The notes beneath the pieces were generated by a model. It was not told where the DNA came from, did no database searches, and saw only the letters and a program-made list of their open reading frames with translations. A stretch of 64,000 nucleotides of DNA from Torpedo marmorata (lineage: Eukaryota). Below, in pieces: positions 26,317 through 40,029 of the stretch. The translations under genes were made by a program, and so were the position numbers. The stretch lies in contig OZ360236.1 in NCBI GenBank assembly GCA_977017645.1, positions 24,118,001 through 24,182,000 on the forward strand, in the 5' to 3' direction. The first letter of the stretch is position 1. Each line of letters opens with the position of its first letter.

Positions 26317-29129
26317 GTCTAAAAGGAGATTCAAGAAGTAGGGATCATTTTCTCTGAATAGGTGTCTGTCATTTTAGGACTGAGATAAAGAAATACTTCT
26401 TAAATTGGAAAGTGGGCAATCTATTGGAATTCTCATTTGCAATGTACGATTCAAAAACTTTAGACAAGAAAACACACTAACTTTAATAACACCAGAAATT
26501 GATCCTTTAAGTCTTGGCACATTATTAAAGGTGTGGTGTTTTTTGTCAATTCAATGGAGTATATCTCCTGGCTAAGTAGCATCATCATGACTGGTGTTCA
26601 AAAGAATAAGCTCATACCACTCTGAAAAACAGCATGAGTTCTGTTTTTTAAATTTTTTCCATTTTCTATAATTTATGCTGTAACATTCAAACTCTAATAA
26701 TCCATGTCCGTTGTGATGACACTTTGTTAGATTATGCAATCAACCATGGCAGCCATGCTACCCACTCTGTTGACAATTGTGGACTCAGAAGATATAATTA
26801 AAATCTGTCCATCAGGAAGAAATTTTCATTTCCTCTGTGAGCAATTTAAATTTACGAATACTGCCTAGATTTTTTTTAAACTTGGCCATTTTTGGTACGG
26901 ATTTACTTTAAAAAAGACAACTGTGAAAATAAGCGTGTAAAAACAGCAGAGGAAATTAAAACTATCTGTGTATTCAAGAAGAACCATATACTCACGTGAT
27001 ACATTACTGGTCTGAAGTTGGATTTAGAATGATTTACACAAACAATGAAATTGAAATTATCTCAGGGCTTTGCACACCTTGGTATCTCTCTTGATACCAT
27101 TCAACCAGATAAATATGCAAGTTGATACTATTGGTGTTATGACTGGTTTTTATTGGATTTTTTGCAAGACATTATCAACCTTACATTAGTTACTACCAAC
27201 AAGTACATTTACTTAGAATGTTTGATGGAAACATCCATTGTTCTCTCTTGTTACCATTGCTGGTTTAACTGTCATTTTTAGTTTTAAATCATATTTTTTA
27301 AATTGCAACAATATGTTATAAAATCCTGAGAGAATTGATCAGCTTAATGTGCTTCCAGGCATAAAACAAGATACTTCATGTAATGAACAAGGTTTTCTGT
27401 TATTGAATTTTGCCTCAATGAACACAATTGTTCACAAAGTTTAATAAATGTACATAATGTCCACATTGACCAATTTTTCATAATATTAAATACAGACAGA
27501 ATAAAACAGAAATAGCTAAGTTAAATCTTGGTGCTTCTTACGTACCAAAGCCTTTGCACAGGTGAAGAAATTACGAGTGATTTAGTGTAGGCTTGTCAGG
27601 AATAGCGTTCACTGAGTTTCTCAGATACCTTAATTAGGTTCTCTATTTGTACTGTTACACAATTGCACTTTGTTTGATTTACCCTTTATGCCAAATGACA
27701 TCATTACAGCAATTTATTTTAAAAAAACAGTAAAATCCCAGATGAACTTTTAACTTAAAAGGTTGGCGTTGTAAGGAAAACTGTACAGATGCAAATTAAC
27801 TGTATTAACATAAATCTCTTAAGACTGACCACAAAAATTATACTGAAGTGAAACAATTCTTTTAAGGATGGTACAAATCTAAATTTCTGGAGAAAGCATT
27901 TAATCACATTGAATTAACCTGATAAAATATAATTTATCTAAATATTACATCAGTGTTATATTAAAGTCAAGAGCACACATTTAAAACTTTTAATGTTATG
28001 ATTGGTACAGCAGTAGGCAGTAAAACTTTCCTCAGTCCACTGAAATTACCAGTAAGAACACAAAAATAAATTATAACACTTTATATTTTGAAGGTGCCCA
28101 ATAAATGATATTCCAGAATATGGGCATGATGTCAATTTGTAAGCTTATTTTGTCACCTTCAAAATATAAAATGCTACGGTCATATTAGAAGTATTATTTC
28201 ATTCTGATTTATTGACTTTGGACTATAAAGATAACATAAAATAAATTAACACTACCAGCAGTCAATGAGCATTTCCAAAAGAATATGGTTCTTATTTCAT
28301 TCCAAAAGTGATGCAGTCAAATGCATTATTGAGGTGATGCAGGCTTCATTCAATATGCTAACAAAGAGTTGCATTTATTAGCTGGGGTTTTCCACTTAAC
28401 AAAAAAAAAACATTCTATTTCACATTTTACCATCACTAGACCGTGGAAATTCACTTTGTAACTTATTCTTCCCAATCGGCCATTAGTTAAAAATAAACCT
28501 CATTTGTGGGATTGAACCTGCTCTGACATAAATTTGCGTTTGTCCAAGGATTGCAGCGGAGTGAGCATATTGCCCAACATCACTGAGCTATCACTCAAAA
28601 GGATTAACAATGGTTCCGACTCCTTGGTCACAAATCAGCAGTCTCTGCAACCGGTGAGAAAGATCAGTCCATATTCAGACAGTTCATTGTCACTTATATA
28701 TGGGTCATACATATGGAATAGCCAGCTGGAATAAGCCACATGAGGGTTTCTGCCTGTGGAATTAAAGTAGTGCCAGTCATAAGGTTGAAGGAGAATGTGA
28801 GAGAGAAAATTTGACACGAAGGGGGAGCAGAAAATATAGGGCAAGTCATTCCCAGAATGTAGTTAAACTGTGGACTTGTATGTGAAAGTGGCAGTATGGA
28901 AATTGCACAGCCATTGAATAATTCATAACAATCACTGTCCAGATAGTTTTCTTCTTAAAACAATTAAAATTACCCCTCCCAATGGCCACATGACCACAAA
29001 GAGTAAAATTATAATAATTATAATAACAATATGCTAGGATACAAAATCCTGTCATTTTTTGTAGAGTTTTCAAAAGAGAGTTGTATGGGTGCCTGAGAAG
29101 GAATAGCTGTCGGGATCAAGTCGATAGCG

Positions 29130-29870
29130 AAGAGCAAAAGCATGTAGCTGCTGGAAATCTGAAATGAAAACAGTGAGTGCTGGAAATACTCAATCGATCA
29201 GGCAGCATCTATGTATGGAGAAACAGGATTAACTTTTCAGGACACAGACCTTTCATCAGAACTGAGAACGATTAGAAAATTAAGATCTTTTTAGTTGCAG
29301 GGTGGGGGGGTTGGTGGCAATGTCTGTGCTGGGGTGGAGACCAACAAGACTGAACGATGCAACTGGTGGTGGTGCTCTCTGTGAGAGTGCGGTGAAGGTT
29401 CATTAGCCCTAGGTGATTGTTATGGATGAGAAGTAAATCTAGGAAAATAGATCAGGACAGAGGACCAAAATTGGGGGGGGGGGAGGGGGGAGAGGGGTGG
29501 TGAGAGAGAGTGAGAGAGAGTGAGTGAGTGTGAAAGAGAGAGAGAGAACGAGAGAGAGAGAGAGAGGGGGAGGGAGAGAGAGAGGGAGAGGGAGAGAGAA
29601 AGAGAGAGAGATAATGCTGTAACTGTGAGATAAGGAATACTGCAGTCACTGTAAATCTGAAATAAAAGAGGGTGCTGGAAAGGCAGCAGATCACGTAGCA
29701 AATATGGAGAGAGGAAAACAGAGTTAATATTACAGGTTGATGGCCTTTTATCGGTCTTACAGTTAAGCCCAACAGAAGCTTAAAAAGATGAGATGCTGTT
29801 CCTTGAATTTATCTTGGGATTCATTGTTGCAGTGCAAGAGATCAAAACTGGACTTGATGGCCTCCACCTA
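29130..29870 (-). mobile_element. Old PLE with partially tandem termini and (GA)n tract
   Basis: Two related termini (about 29130-29270 and 29620-29760); minus strand has ctgatgaaaggtc..cctgaaa hammerhead core; (GA)n at about 29500-29610. Confidence 0.6.
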
Positions 29871-30678
29871 TGACATAATGATGCTATGTATTTGTCTTTT
29901 TCTTCAGCACTAATGAAGGTGTGTAAACACAGATTCAGATCAGTGGACTTATTCTCCCTCACAATTAGAACAGGAAAGTGAAATGTACACAGCTGTGTTA
30001 ACCACGAAACTTCAGGCTGCTCGCTACTGTGTAAATACAATCACCATTCTCAGCATGCCCAGGGTTTTTTCTCTTAGTGTTCCGTGCACAGTTTAAATGC
30101 ACGTGTCCTCCTGCAACCCAATTTTTCTGAACAGATTCTACTCCAATAATTTTCACTCATAAATGGCTCAGTTCTCTCTTTAGATCTTTTAAATTTCCTC
30201 CTCTTCTTAATTTAATTCCTGAAAAATTACTTCCGTGTGTCCTGTGGCCAACAACACACCTTCAAGGATCACCTTGAGAGTTTTGTTCATATATCATAAC
30301 GATGCTATGTAAATGGAAAGTACGTAAAATGGAACCTTCTATCTCCCAATGCATTCAAAGCAAACCTTTACTTGTGATTCATTTTGTGCAATTCCATTTA
30401 AGATCATCCTGAGGGTAAAATGTTTGACCTTTGTTGACTGCCTTTTACTTCCTCTGGATGCTGCGAGACCTGCTGAGCTTCTCCAGCACTTTTGCATCAT
30501 GCACTAGACCCCATCATCTGCAGATTTTCCTCTTTACCTTCACTATGTGCTTTGACCTGTACAACTTTCATTTATAAGGTCTTTCTTACATTGAAAAATA
30601 ATCACTAGATCATTCAATGAGCTAAGAAGGGAAGGAAAGATGACTAAAAAACCTTTTGCAAGGAGAATAGAGTAAATA

Positions 30679-30851
30679 AGTGAAAACACAGAAATGCTGG
30701 AGGAACTCAGCATGTCTTGCAGCGTCCATAGGAGGTAACGATATATTACTGATGTTTTGTGCCTGAGCCCTTCTTTACCTTCTTAGCATTTTCCAGCATT
30801 TACATATTTTCACTACAATTACAGCATCTGCAGACTTTTGTGTTTCTCTCC
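30679..30851. mobile_element. Miniature fold-back PLE with 14-bp TSD
   Basis: TSD gaatag(a/t)gtaaata at 30665-30678 and 30852-30865; inverted PLE termini. Confidence 0.78.
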
Positions 30852-31799
30852 GAATAGTGTAAATATACAACTATATATTTAAATGTGCATTCTCTATGAG
30901 GTGTAACAGGCAACTTATTAATCCAGTGGATGAACAATCTGGTTTATCTCTTTGTACATTTCAAATTCTAGCATAAAGATAATATTCATAAGTAATGCTG
31001 CAATAGACTGGATCAAAACTTGGTGTCAGCACCATTTTATTTTATGTTGTGCATACTTGGCTTTGGAAGTTGCCATAAATTGCACAGTTTTAACTTTATG
31101 GGGACATTTAATTTGCTTTGATGAAGTACACAGTTTTGTATTACTGACATCAGACAGCTCTAAAAATTAACTGCACCTAAATAATGTGATGTTGTATCCA
31201 GTTTCAGCCATATGGTTTACTTTGTCTGACCTTTCCTGCTCAGTTCAATTATCTTTATTGCTTCATTTTGCAGGGTCTCTTTTAAAATTATGATCTATTA
31301 TTGTAAGTTGTACAAACAGTAACAAAGCCAGTTAGTAAATGCACTACTCAGTGTGAAAACCAGCATTACAGATCAGGAAGGTCGCAGGTTCAATCCCCAG
31401 AAGATGCAAAGTTGACTGAAGACAGCAGAGCAGTCGAAAGGATCTAAATCCTTCAGGAAAGACAATCAAAGATTCCACACTTGATTGTAATTCCGTGATC
31501 TCCAAAAACAGCATGCAGACAAGAAGAAAACTTTCTCTCTTGAATGCCAAACATGTTTAAAAAAAAGATAGAAGTTGTTTTGTAGTATACAGTAGCCATT
31601 GTTGTACAATTCCCACAATGATTTTTTGATGCCAATGACTTTTCCTCTGACGCTTTCCTCTCACTAACCATTGAACATCTCTGTGCAACAGGTAGTAGAG
31701 CTGCTGCCTCAAAGGACGAGCAAGATGGGTTCAATCCTGACCTTCAGTGTTCTTCTAATATTGTTATTATCCAAATATTATAAATAAAACCTAAATATC

Positions 31800-31980
31800 C
31801 ATTTTGTTTGGGAGACTGCCTACATTTTGCTCATTCCTCGATGAAGGGCTCAAGCCCGAAACTTTTGTTATGTATCTTTATCTTTGCTATATAAAGTATG
31901 CTGCTTCACCTGCTGAGTTTCTCCAGCATTGTGTTTTTACTTCAATCGCAGTGTCTGCAGACTTTCGTGTTTTACTCCAG
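31800..31980 (+). mobile_element. PLE terminal fragment nested in a V-SINE (about 31680-32190)
   Basis: tcgatgaagggctcaagcccgaaac and family terminus; SINE halves lie on both sides. Confidence 0.8.
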
Positions 31981-32479
31981 TGCTATCCTTTTGGATTTTA
32001 TCCAGCTTCCTCCCACATCCCAAAGAGGTGCAGGTTGGTAGGTTTATTGGACACTCTAAATGGTCCCCAGTCAGTAGGTGAGTGGTATAATCTGAAGCGA
32101 TTCAATGGAAATGTGGGAAGAATTAAAAATGAGATTTGTGCATATCAATATTTGATAGTTGGCAAGGACGAGGTTAGCTGAGACAAATTTTATTCTGGAA
32201 TAAAATAAGTGAAAGCTTGGTAGTGCCAAAGGAATATGATACTGGTCAGGCAATACCAGAACATTCAGCAACATCCTATCAGAAACACTTTGAATAAAAC
32301 AGTTTGTCATTTTAAATATGCTGTAATTTCTAAAAAAAAATCCTTTTTGTGCATTCTGTATTTTATTTCATTTCGTAAAAGTTTGTCCACAATGAGTGTC
32401 TGTACTATTTTGGACAATGAGATCAGCAGTGAAGTCATGGAGCTTTTCTGTCCTTTTGGAGCTGCTTGGAGGTAGGATA

Positions 32480-33155
32480 GACGTAGGAAATATACTACGA
32501 GTATTGAGCAACGGAGGGAGCTTAGTGTAAAATCCATTGATCCCTAAAGCACAGGTGGTGAGGAAGGCATACAAGATGCTGGTTGTCATTAGGCTAGAGC
32601 ATTGAACATTACAACTTGGAGGTTATGGTACAATTTTATAAAAGTTTGGTTCTGCTGAAAGTTGAATATTGTGTGCAGCTTTGGTCACCACACTGCTGGA
32701 AGCATGTGGTTGAAACAGATGGAATGCAGAGATTTACCAAATATTGCCTGGGATAGAACATTTTCATTATGAGGAGAGGCAGATAGGTGGGTTTGTTTTC
32801 TTTGGAGTGGAGGAGTTTTAGGGGATCCTGAAAGAGGTGTACAAAATTATAAGAGGTATAGTTTGGTGGATAGTAAGAACATAATGGAGACATCTAAAAC
32901 CAGGGGCAAAGGTTCAAGCTGAGGAGTTAGAGGGTATCTGAGGATAGGTTTTTCACCCAGAGAGTGATTGCAATCTGGAACACACTGACTGAGCAGGTGG
33001 TAGAGGTACATAAAAAGTATATGGATTAAGATTTGAATCGCTAAGGCATAGAAGGCTATGAACCAGTCGCTGGCAAATGGGAATAGTACGGATTGGTACT
33101 TGATGGTTGGCATGGACATGCTGGGCGTATTGATGTTCTGTTTCACTCTGTAACT
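32480..33155 (+). mobile_element. Degenerate CR1 3' fragment
   Basis: gaatattgtgtgcagctttggtcaccacac, ttttcacccagagagtg..ctggaacacactg, CR1 tail. Confidence 0.75.
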
Positions 33156-33423
33156 GCACAACTAAGTTTTAATGATGCTTGTTGTGTTGTCTTTTCTTTT
33201 TCTGACCTTCATTTTTATTAAGCCCTTCTTCTACTGAGATCCTTATCTTGGTATCAAGCCAGTTGTACTGCCATTATTAGTTAATATTTCAAATAATTTA
33301 CAGAATGTTACCTAAACAAGAGGACATAAATATAAGTTTAAAGGGGAAACAAAGTATAATAAATAAATAATGTCAGTATGAATTGTTAATATATTGTTTT
33401 ATATATATATATATATATATACA

Positions 33424-33836
33424 CAGCCATACCTCGACTTACGCCCGATCGAGTAACATCTGATCGCAGATATGTCCGAGGTCACCATAAGGGCTTAATA
33501 AAAATTTTAAAATTTACGCCGGGACCGACGTTGGCGGGCATTAGCGGACATTAAGTCACGCATCACGCATTCGACAAGTGGGCTTAAAAGCCAAAACAAA
33601 GCGTTTGCACTGCCAGCCGTATAATGGCACACAGTATACACCTAACTTATAGTACAATACAGTACATATATGTAATTGAAATCTATAATATATGTATGTA
33701 TATGTACATGTGTATGTACAATATAGAGGTTTAGGTAAATATGTATGTGTGTCATGGTATCATATGTTGTACAGTATATTTCACCTATAATCATCGACAC
33801 GCCCAAATCGATTTGCGTCCCCTCTTCCAGAACATA
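33424..33836. mobile_element. Tc1/mariner (Tigger-like) nonautonomous element, right end lost at a SINE junction
   Basis: Begins cagccatacctcgacttacg after a (TA)n tract; repeated cgacttacg-like subterminal motifs. Confidence 0.55.
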
Positions 33837-34005
33837 TCTGTAAGGAGTTTATACATTCTCCCTGTGACTGAGTGGTTTTTCTCCGGATGCTCTGGTTTCC
33901 TCCCACCCTCCAAAACGTACCGGGGTTGTAGGTTAATTGGGGTATTTGGGCGGCATGGGCTCGTGGGTCAGAAGGTTCTGTTACCGTGCGATATGTCTAA
34001 ATTTA
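33836..34005 (+). mobile_element. 5'-truncated V-SINE
   Basis: V-domain and tail. Confidence 0.85.
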
Positions 34006-34040
34006 AAATTTTTAATTCTAAAGGTAAAATTTAAATTTTT

Positions 34041-34077
<37 letters not shown>

Positions 34078-34577
34078 GTGCTGTATGTCTAAATTCCAAT
34101 CCGCAAACATAAAAATCACCTTTTTAGAGCCAGAAAGTTTGCAAAGCGGTAATTATGGCTCAGCATGCCATAAAAAGTCATTTAGACATCATGCAACAAA
34201 ATATAACATTACTTACTTGTAGCCATTATTGAAAACGATTATATTTACTGGCATGAAACTCAGTTTGTTCACAATACCACTCTTCAGGACATTTTGTTTT
34301 TCTCATGAAAGAGCAGAAACACATTACTTAAAATTGAATCCTGATTAATTGAATATAGTTATGAAATTTACTGTGAGATTCACTCAGAGATAAGGCTATA
34401 AAAGCCAGGTACAGCAGGACATGCTCATCATAATTTCAGGGGCTTGATGGAACTGGATGGGTACCATATGGCATGAATTTTCTGAAGAATTCCAACATTT
34501 TACATGGAACCTTTCCATATGGAAGTGTCAGTGTAGTTGGAAGAGTGCACTAGTGTTGCTAATTCTGAAGCCCTGGT

Positions 34578-34837
34578 TAAATTTAAAATTTTAGACATAC
34601 AGCACGGTAATAGGCCCTTTCGGCCCACGAGCCCACTGCCGCCCAATTACACCCAATTGACCTACACCCCCAGTACGTTTCGAACGGTGGGAGGAAACCG
34701 GACCCCCCAGAGGAAACCCACGCAGACACAGGGAGAACGTACAAACTCCTTACAGACTGCGCGGGATACGAACCCCAGACCCGATTGCTGCCACTGTAAC
34801 AGCGTTGTGCTAACCGCTACGCTAACCATGCCGCCCC
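34578..34837 (-). mobile_element. V-SINE, near full length
   Basis: Head ggggcggcatggttagcgtagcggttagc on the minus strand. Confidence 0.9.
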
Positions 34838-35525
34838 AATCTCCTTTTGGACATTATTCAACTAGTTTCTATTATCTTACAAAACTCTGCTTGGGCAATT
34901 CACAGAATAATGAGATAACATGCAAAATAAAAAAGTATTAACCAATGAAATTTTCAGCTTTGTGTTTCTTCCTGTGAAAGGCAGCTTTATTGTCTACAAA
35001 TTGGGGGTTACTTTCTGTACATTAGGTAAAAGGCAGACTTTTTCTGCTGCTAATAATTCAAACTCTGTTATAATCCCAACAGTAGTATGAAATCCACACT
35101 CATTTACTTCAAAGATACTCACCATGTTGGATTATGTTTGTACAAATCCTGCCAGTCTGGTTACTGCCCAGACTGTGGTTCCATACAAGGAAGCGAGACT
35201 TGAGGTACCAAAAAGAGACAATGGCACAAAACATAAGTAAGGTTGTTTTAGCCTGGAGATTGCTTTTGTAAGCCTTCTTCCGTTGAAAACTAAAACTAGA
35301 TTTTTTACCTCACCTTTCAGATTCGATCAGTGCTATACTGCAAGTTGCTGGAATTAATATCAAGGCACCTGGGAGCTCCTGAACATCAGATGCACCAATG
35401 TATCTCCTCAAACCAGTGAAATTTTAAGATAAAGAGGCAGAAATAGAGACAGGAAAGGAAATAGGTGAATTATTGTTAATTTAGAAACAGAGAAATAAAG
35501 AGGGAGAAAGTTCAATTGGGTAATT

Positions 35526-36041
35526 GAAAAACGAAAGTCTGCAGACGCTGTGATTGTAGTAAAAACACACCAAAATGCTGGAGGAACTCAGCTGGTCTTG
35601 CAGCGTCCATAGGAGATAAAGATATACTGCCGATGTTTCGGGCCTGAGGCCTTCTTCAAGGAATAAGCAAAGAATAAGCAAAAAAACAGGAAATCTCAGA
35701 ATAGAGACAGTACTGGCTGGGGGAGGAGTCCAGACCAACAAAACATGTTAATTGGATATAATAAGGGCAGAGGTGAGAATTGATTTTATCTGTGTGAAAG
35801 GAGACAAAGGGAAAAAAGAAGAGAGAGAGCTGGGGGAAGGCGACGGAGGGCGGTGGGGGAGGGGAGATGGGATTTAACAAAAGTCGATGTTAATGCCATC
35901 CGGTTGGAGGGTGCCCAGACAGAAGATGAGGTGTTGATGCTCCAGTTTGCAGGTGGTCTCAGTCTGGCAGTGCATGAGACCATGGACAGACATGTCAACA
36001 AGGGAATGGATTGGGGAATTGAAATGGGTGGCCACTGGGAG
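35526..36041 (-). mobile_element. PLE 3' fragment with 13-bp TSD
   Basis: TSD caattgggtaatt at 35513-35525 and 36051-36063; encodes GIY-YIG C-terminal remnant. Confidence 0.85.
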
Positions 36042-37772
36042 ATTGGGTAACAATTGGGTAATTATTTAACAAAAAGAGGAGACAAAAAACTGAAAAACTC
36101 CCATTTAAAATACCTCCTGCAAAGATACTCCATGCTGTCGATTGTTCCTCTCTGACACTCCATTATTCAGTTACATGTGAAAACCATTTGTGATGTAAGT
36201 AACGGAGTTATCATGATTTTAAAGGCTGTACCCTGATTTGTTCATACTGTACTTGCAGTGCAAATTCACCAATTTGTCGACACTATAGAAGTGGAAAAGG
36301 CAAACTCCCACACTGGTGAGGTTGATAGTTAAGAGGCATCTGAGAATGTTACTAATAAAATAAGTGTCAAGGAGGTATGATTATGGTGACTGATTGCCTC
36401 AAGGTTCAGCAAAAGAAAATAAAGATATACCCAACAGTTGATATGAGACAAGGAAAGAAAAGGGGCAGGAGAATAGCTCCATGGATCATTTTGAAAATGT
36501 AGCAACGTAGATAGAACCTATTGGTATAGATAGGCTCGCTATGATTGCTATGATTTCTCGCTATGATGAGAAATAATAATGAACTCATCAATTCTGAACA
36601 ATTAAGGCATTGGAGGCAGAAGATGCTAATGTATCATGGTCATAATCACATTTGGTTTTGTTTAGGGCTGTAAGTGGCAGCTGTGAGCGATGGCCATAAA
36701 TTGAGGAAACCACGGCATCAACACATCATAATTTCAAGTCTTTGAATTAGCCAGTGTAAGGTTGTTATGATTTTTTTTTTCTGTTTGAACATGATGTTAA
36801 CGTAAAATCAGTCAAAGAGCATTGGATAGTGAATAGCATGCCAAAAATGGTCAAGTAAGGTAAGTCCTGTCAATATATTCCAGCAAAATAATGATTGTCT
36901 CACCTTGTTAACATTCCCAGGAAGTTCTTATTGCTCCAATTTGGTGCATTCACATCACTCCCTTAACAATTCCAGGACAACTTTGATGCTGGTTTGATAC
37001 TGTCAATTCAGAAGCCATTGATTTGTTTTCTAATAGGTGCTGAGCTGGAGATGCTTGTGCCTACAGATTTATATTGGCGGTGGAAGGGAGTGCAGGGAAG
37101 GTAAATGATATCATGATGTTTTAATGCACAAGCATGGTAATATGTAATGCTGATTCCTTTCCCACTTCTGAACCCTGTCAGCAGCTAACTTCTGCACTGT
37201 GGACCAATGCTGTTCTCTCAATTAAACATTGTCTCATTTTCAGGCAAGCCAACTTGGATCCAATTCCAAGAGTGATCAGGTCCAAATTGGCAGTCTGAAG
37301 AATGACTTCTTTTTTATGGACCCTGGCAAACCCATTATTTCTCCATCAAAAATATCCCCAGGCATTCCTGGGTATTATTTGCAGCTGTGGAGAACAGACA
37401 ATACACTCAAAATGTATTCAATATTTTATATTCTTGTTTAAATCAAAAATAAAAGATTACATGAGAAAAAAAATGAGTATTGGTTCCAGCACTATTTTGT
37501 GTTTCTAATGTTTTCCTCATTTGCTTCCAATATGCATCATTGATCTTTTATGCCAAGACAATAAGATCATCTGTTCCATAGACATCTCCACAAATGTTTT
37601 AAATATTTAAAATACTGGACTAGAATTGTGTGCGGACTTCCAGAATTACCCACTGCAAAAGTGTTGATCATATAAGGTATTATGTCGCCTCTATGGTAAC
37701 TTTGGAAGTGATGTCTTGCTGATTTATGACGAGTGAAGCTCCTCTCAACCTGCCAACATTAATAAAGTGATA

Positions 37773-39156
37773 AGTAAATCACGAAAATCTGAAGATACCG
37801 TGGTTGAAGTAAAAAACACAAATGCTGGAGAAACTCAGCAGGTCAAACAGTGTATTTTATGTAGCAAAGGTAGAAATACAAAACCGACGTTTCGGGCTTG
37901 AGCCCTTCATCAAAGTATGAGAAAATGCCGGCAGGCGTCCGAACAAAAGAGTGAGGGAGGGAAGGGGGGTGGCAAAGGCAGGAGATAATAGGTGGAGAAA
38001 GGAGGGAGGGGACAGCAGCAAAGAGGGGGAGGAGGGATGGCTGGGTGGGTGGAAAAAAAACTGGAAGGACAGGTAAGGGGGGAGGGGAAGGAAAAGGCAA
38101 GCAGGTTTAGTGGAAAGCAAAGTCAATGTTAATGCCATCTGGCTGGAGAGTGCCCAGACGGAAAATGAGATGTTGTTCCTCCAATTTGCGGGTAGTCTGG
38201 GTGGGATAGTACGTAAGGCCATGGACAGACATGTGAGTGTGGGAGTGTGACTCGGAATTGAAATGGCTGGCTACTGGGAGGTCGCTGTTGTTGCGGGCGG
38301 AGAGGAGGTGCTCAGCGAAGCGATCTCCCAATCTACGACCGGTCTCTCCGATGTGGAGAATGCCACCAAGGGAGCACCGGATGCAGTAAATAAGTTCTCT
38401 GGATGTACAAGTGAAGTGTAGCTTTTCTCTGGATGTACAAGCTACACTTCACTTGTACATCCAGAGAAAAGCTACACTTCACTTGTACATCCAGAGAAAA
38501 GCTACACTTCACTGGTACATCCAGAGAAAAGCTACACTTCACTTGTACATCCAGAGAACTTATTTACTGCATCCGGTGCTCCCTTTGTGGCATTTTCTAC
38601 ATCGGAGAGACCGGTCGTAGATTGGGAGATCGCTTCGCTGAGCACCTCCTCTCCATCCGCAACAACAGCGACCTCCCAGTAGCCAGCCATTTCAATTCCG
38701 AGTCACACTCCCACACTCACATGTCTGTCCATGGCCTTACGTACTATCCCACCCAGACTACCCGCAAATTGGAGGAACAACATCTCATTTTCCGTCTGGG
38801 CACTCTCCAGCCAGATGGCATTAACATTGACTTTTCTGCTTTCCACTAAACCTGCTTGCCTTTTCCTTCCCCTCCCCCTTACCTGTCCTTCCAGTTTTTT
38901 TTCCACCCACCCAGCCATCCCTCCTCCCCCTCTTTGCTGCTGTCCCCTCCCTCCTATCTCCACCTATCATCTCCTACCTTTGCCACCCACCCCCCCTTCA
39001 CCTCCCCCCCCTCACTCTTTTGTTCGGACGCCTGCCGGCATTTTCTCATACTTTGATTAAGTGCTCAAGCCCAAAACGTCGGTCATGTAATTCTACCTTT
39101 GCTACATAAAAGACACTGTTTGACCTGTTGAGTTTCTCCAGCATTTGTGTTTTTTA
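37773..39156. mobile_element. Penelope-like element, fold-back (inverted) insertion
   Basis: Two inverted arms of about 0.65-0.7 kb; 12-bp TSD aataaagtgata at 37761-37772 and 39157-39168. Confidence 0.93.
38529..38849 (+). pseudogene. GIY-YIG endonuclease C-terminal fragment of the PLE (mirror copy on minus strand, about 38107-38420)
   Basis: LIYCIRCSLCGIFYIGETGRRLGDRFAEHL..PVASHFN..KLEEQHLIFRLGTLQPDGIN. Confidence 0.9.
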
Positions 39157-39784
39157 AATAAAGTGATATGTGTTTACTGCAAGATGAAAGGCATCAAATT
39201 TTCAAGAAGCAAAGGGAAAATTTATCTTGTTCAAAGTTTGAGAATGATTTATGACAAGATTGCTTGTGCAAAATGGTGGAAAGTTACTCAATACCTTTAG
39301 ACCCCAAAAGATGTCAGAACGTGCTACAGAAACAATTTAGCAGCTTTCAAAAAGGTAACAACTGAAATGTCCCAAATATACTGCCAAAGAATTGCATATC
39401 AGAAGGCTACAAGAACTTTCAACGTCCTCTTTCTCTCGACTGTCTATTTATGACCTGTGGAGTTTACCTGAACTGCATTTTCACATTGTTAAACAGTGTT
39501 GTTTGCCAAAAGACAATCCAACATCTACATAAAAGGCATAAAACTATTTTTCATGCTTAGATATAAAACTGCAGATCAACTCTCTCAATATTTAACCAGA
39601 ATAGACAATAACTAAACCATATGGACTAGATTCTAGAAGATCCCAGGTTCAATACCCAGGCTGTGTTAAGTCAGTTCAGCTGGGAGATGGGATTGCTCCT
39701 GGTTCGAGTTTGCAAAAAACCAGCACAGTTCCAGAATCCCAACTGCACGGAAATATGAAAGCTTGTGGAACACAGAATTGGACT

Positions 39785-39905
39785 TAAGAACATAAGAAAG
39801 AACAGAAGAAATAGGAGCAGGAATGGGCGATCCGGCCTGTCAAGCCTGCTCCGCCATTCAATGAGATTATGGCTGATCTGATGATGGGCTCATCTCCACC
39901 AGATC
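39785..39905 (-). mobile_element. CR1 3' tail
   Basis: aagaacataagaa..ataggagcagga..gcctgctccgccattcaat. Confidence 0.8.
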
Positions 39906-40029
39906 AGACTTGAGTCTGATTCAAATATTGGGGAGCTATTCATGGAGATATAGAAAAAAATTGAGAAAGAAAATAAGATCTAAGATAGAAAGATATTATT
40001 GAGAAAAAAGATCAGGAGCCAAAGGGAAG

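Noticed and set aside
38379-38570. CRISPR-like array of 30-bp repeats
   Set aside because: No spacers; head-to-tail tandem inside a eukaryotic PLE; no cas genes.
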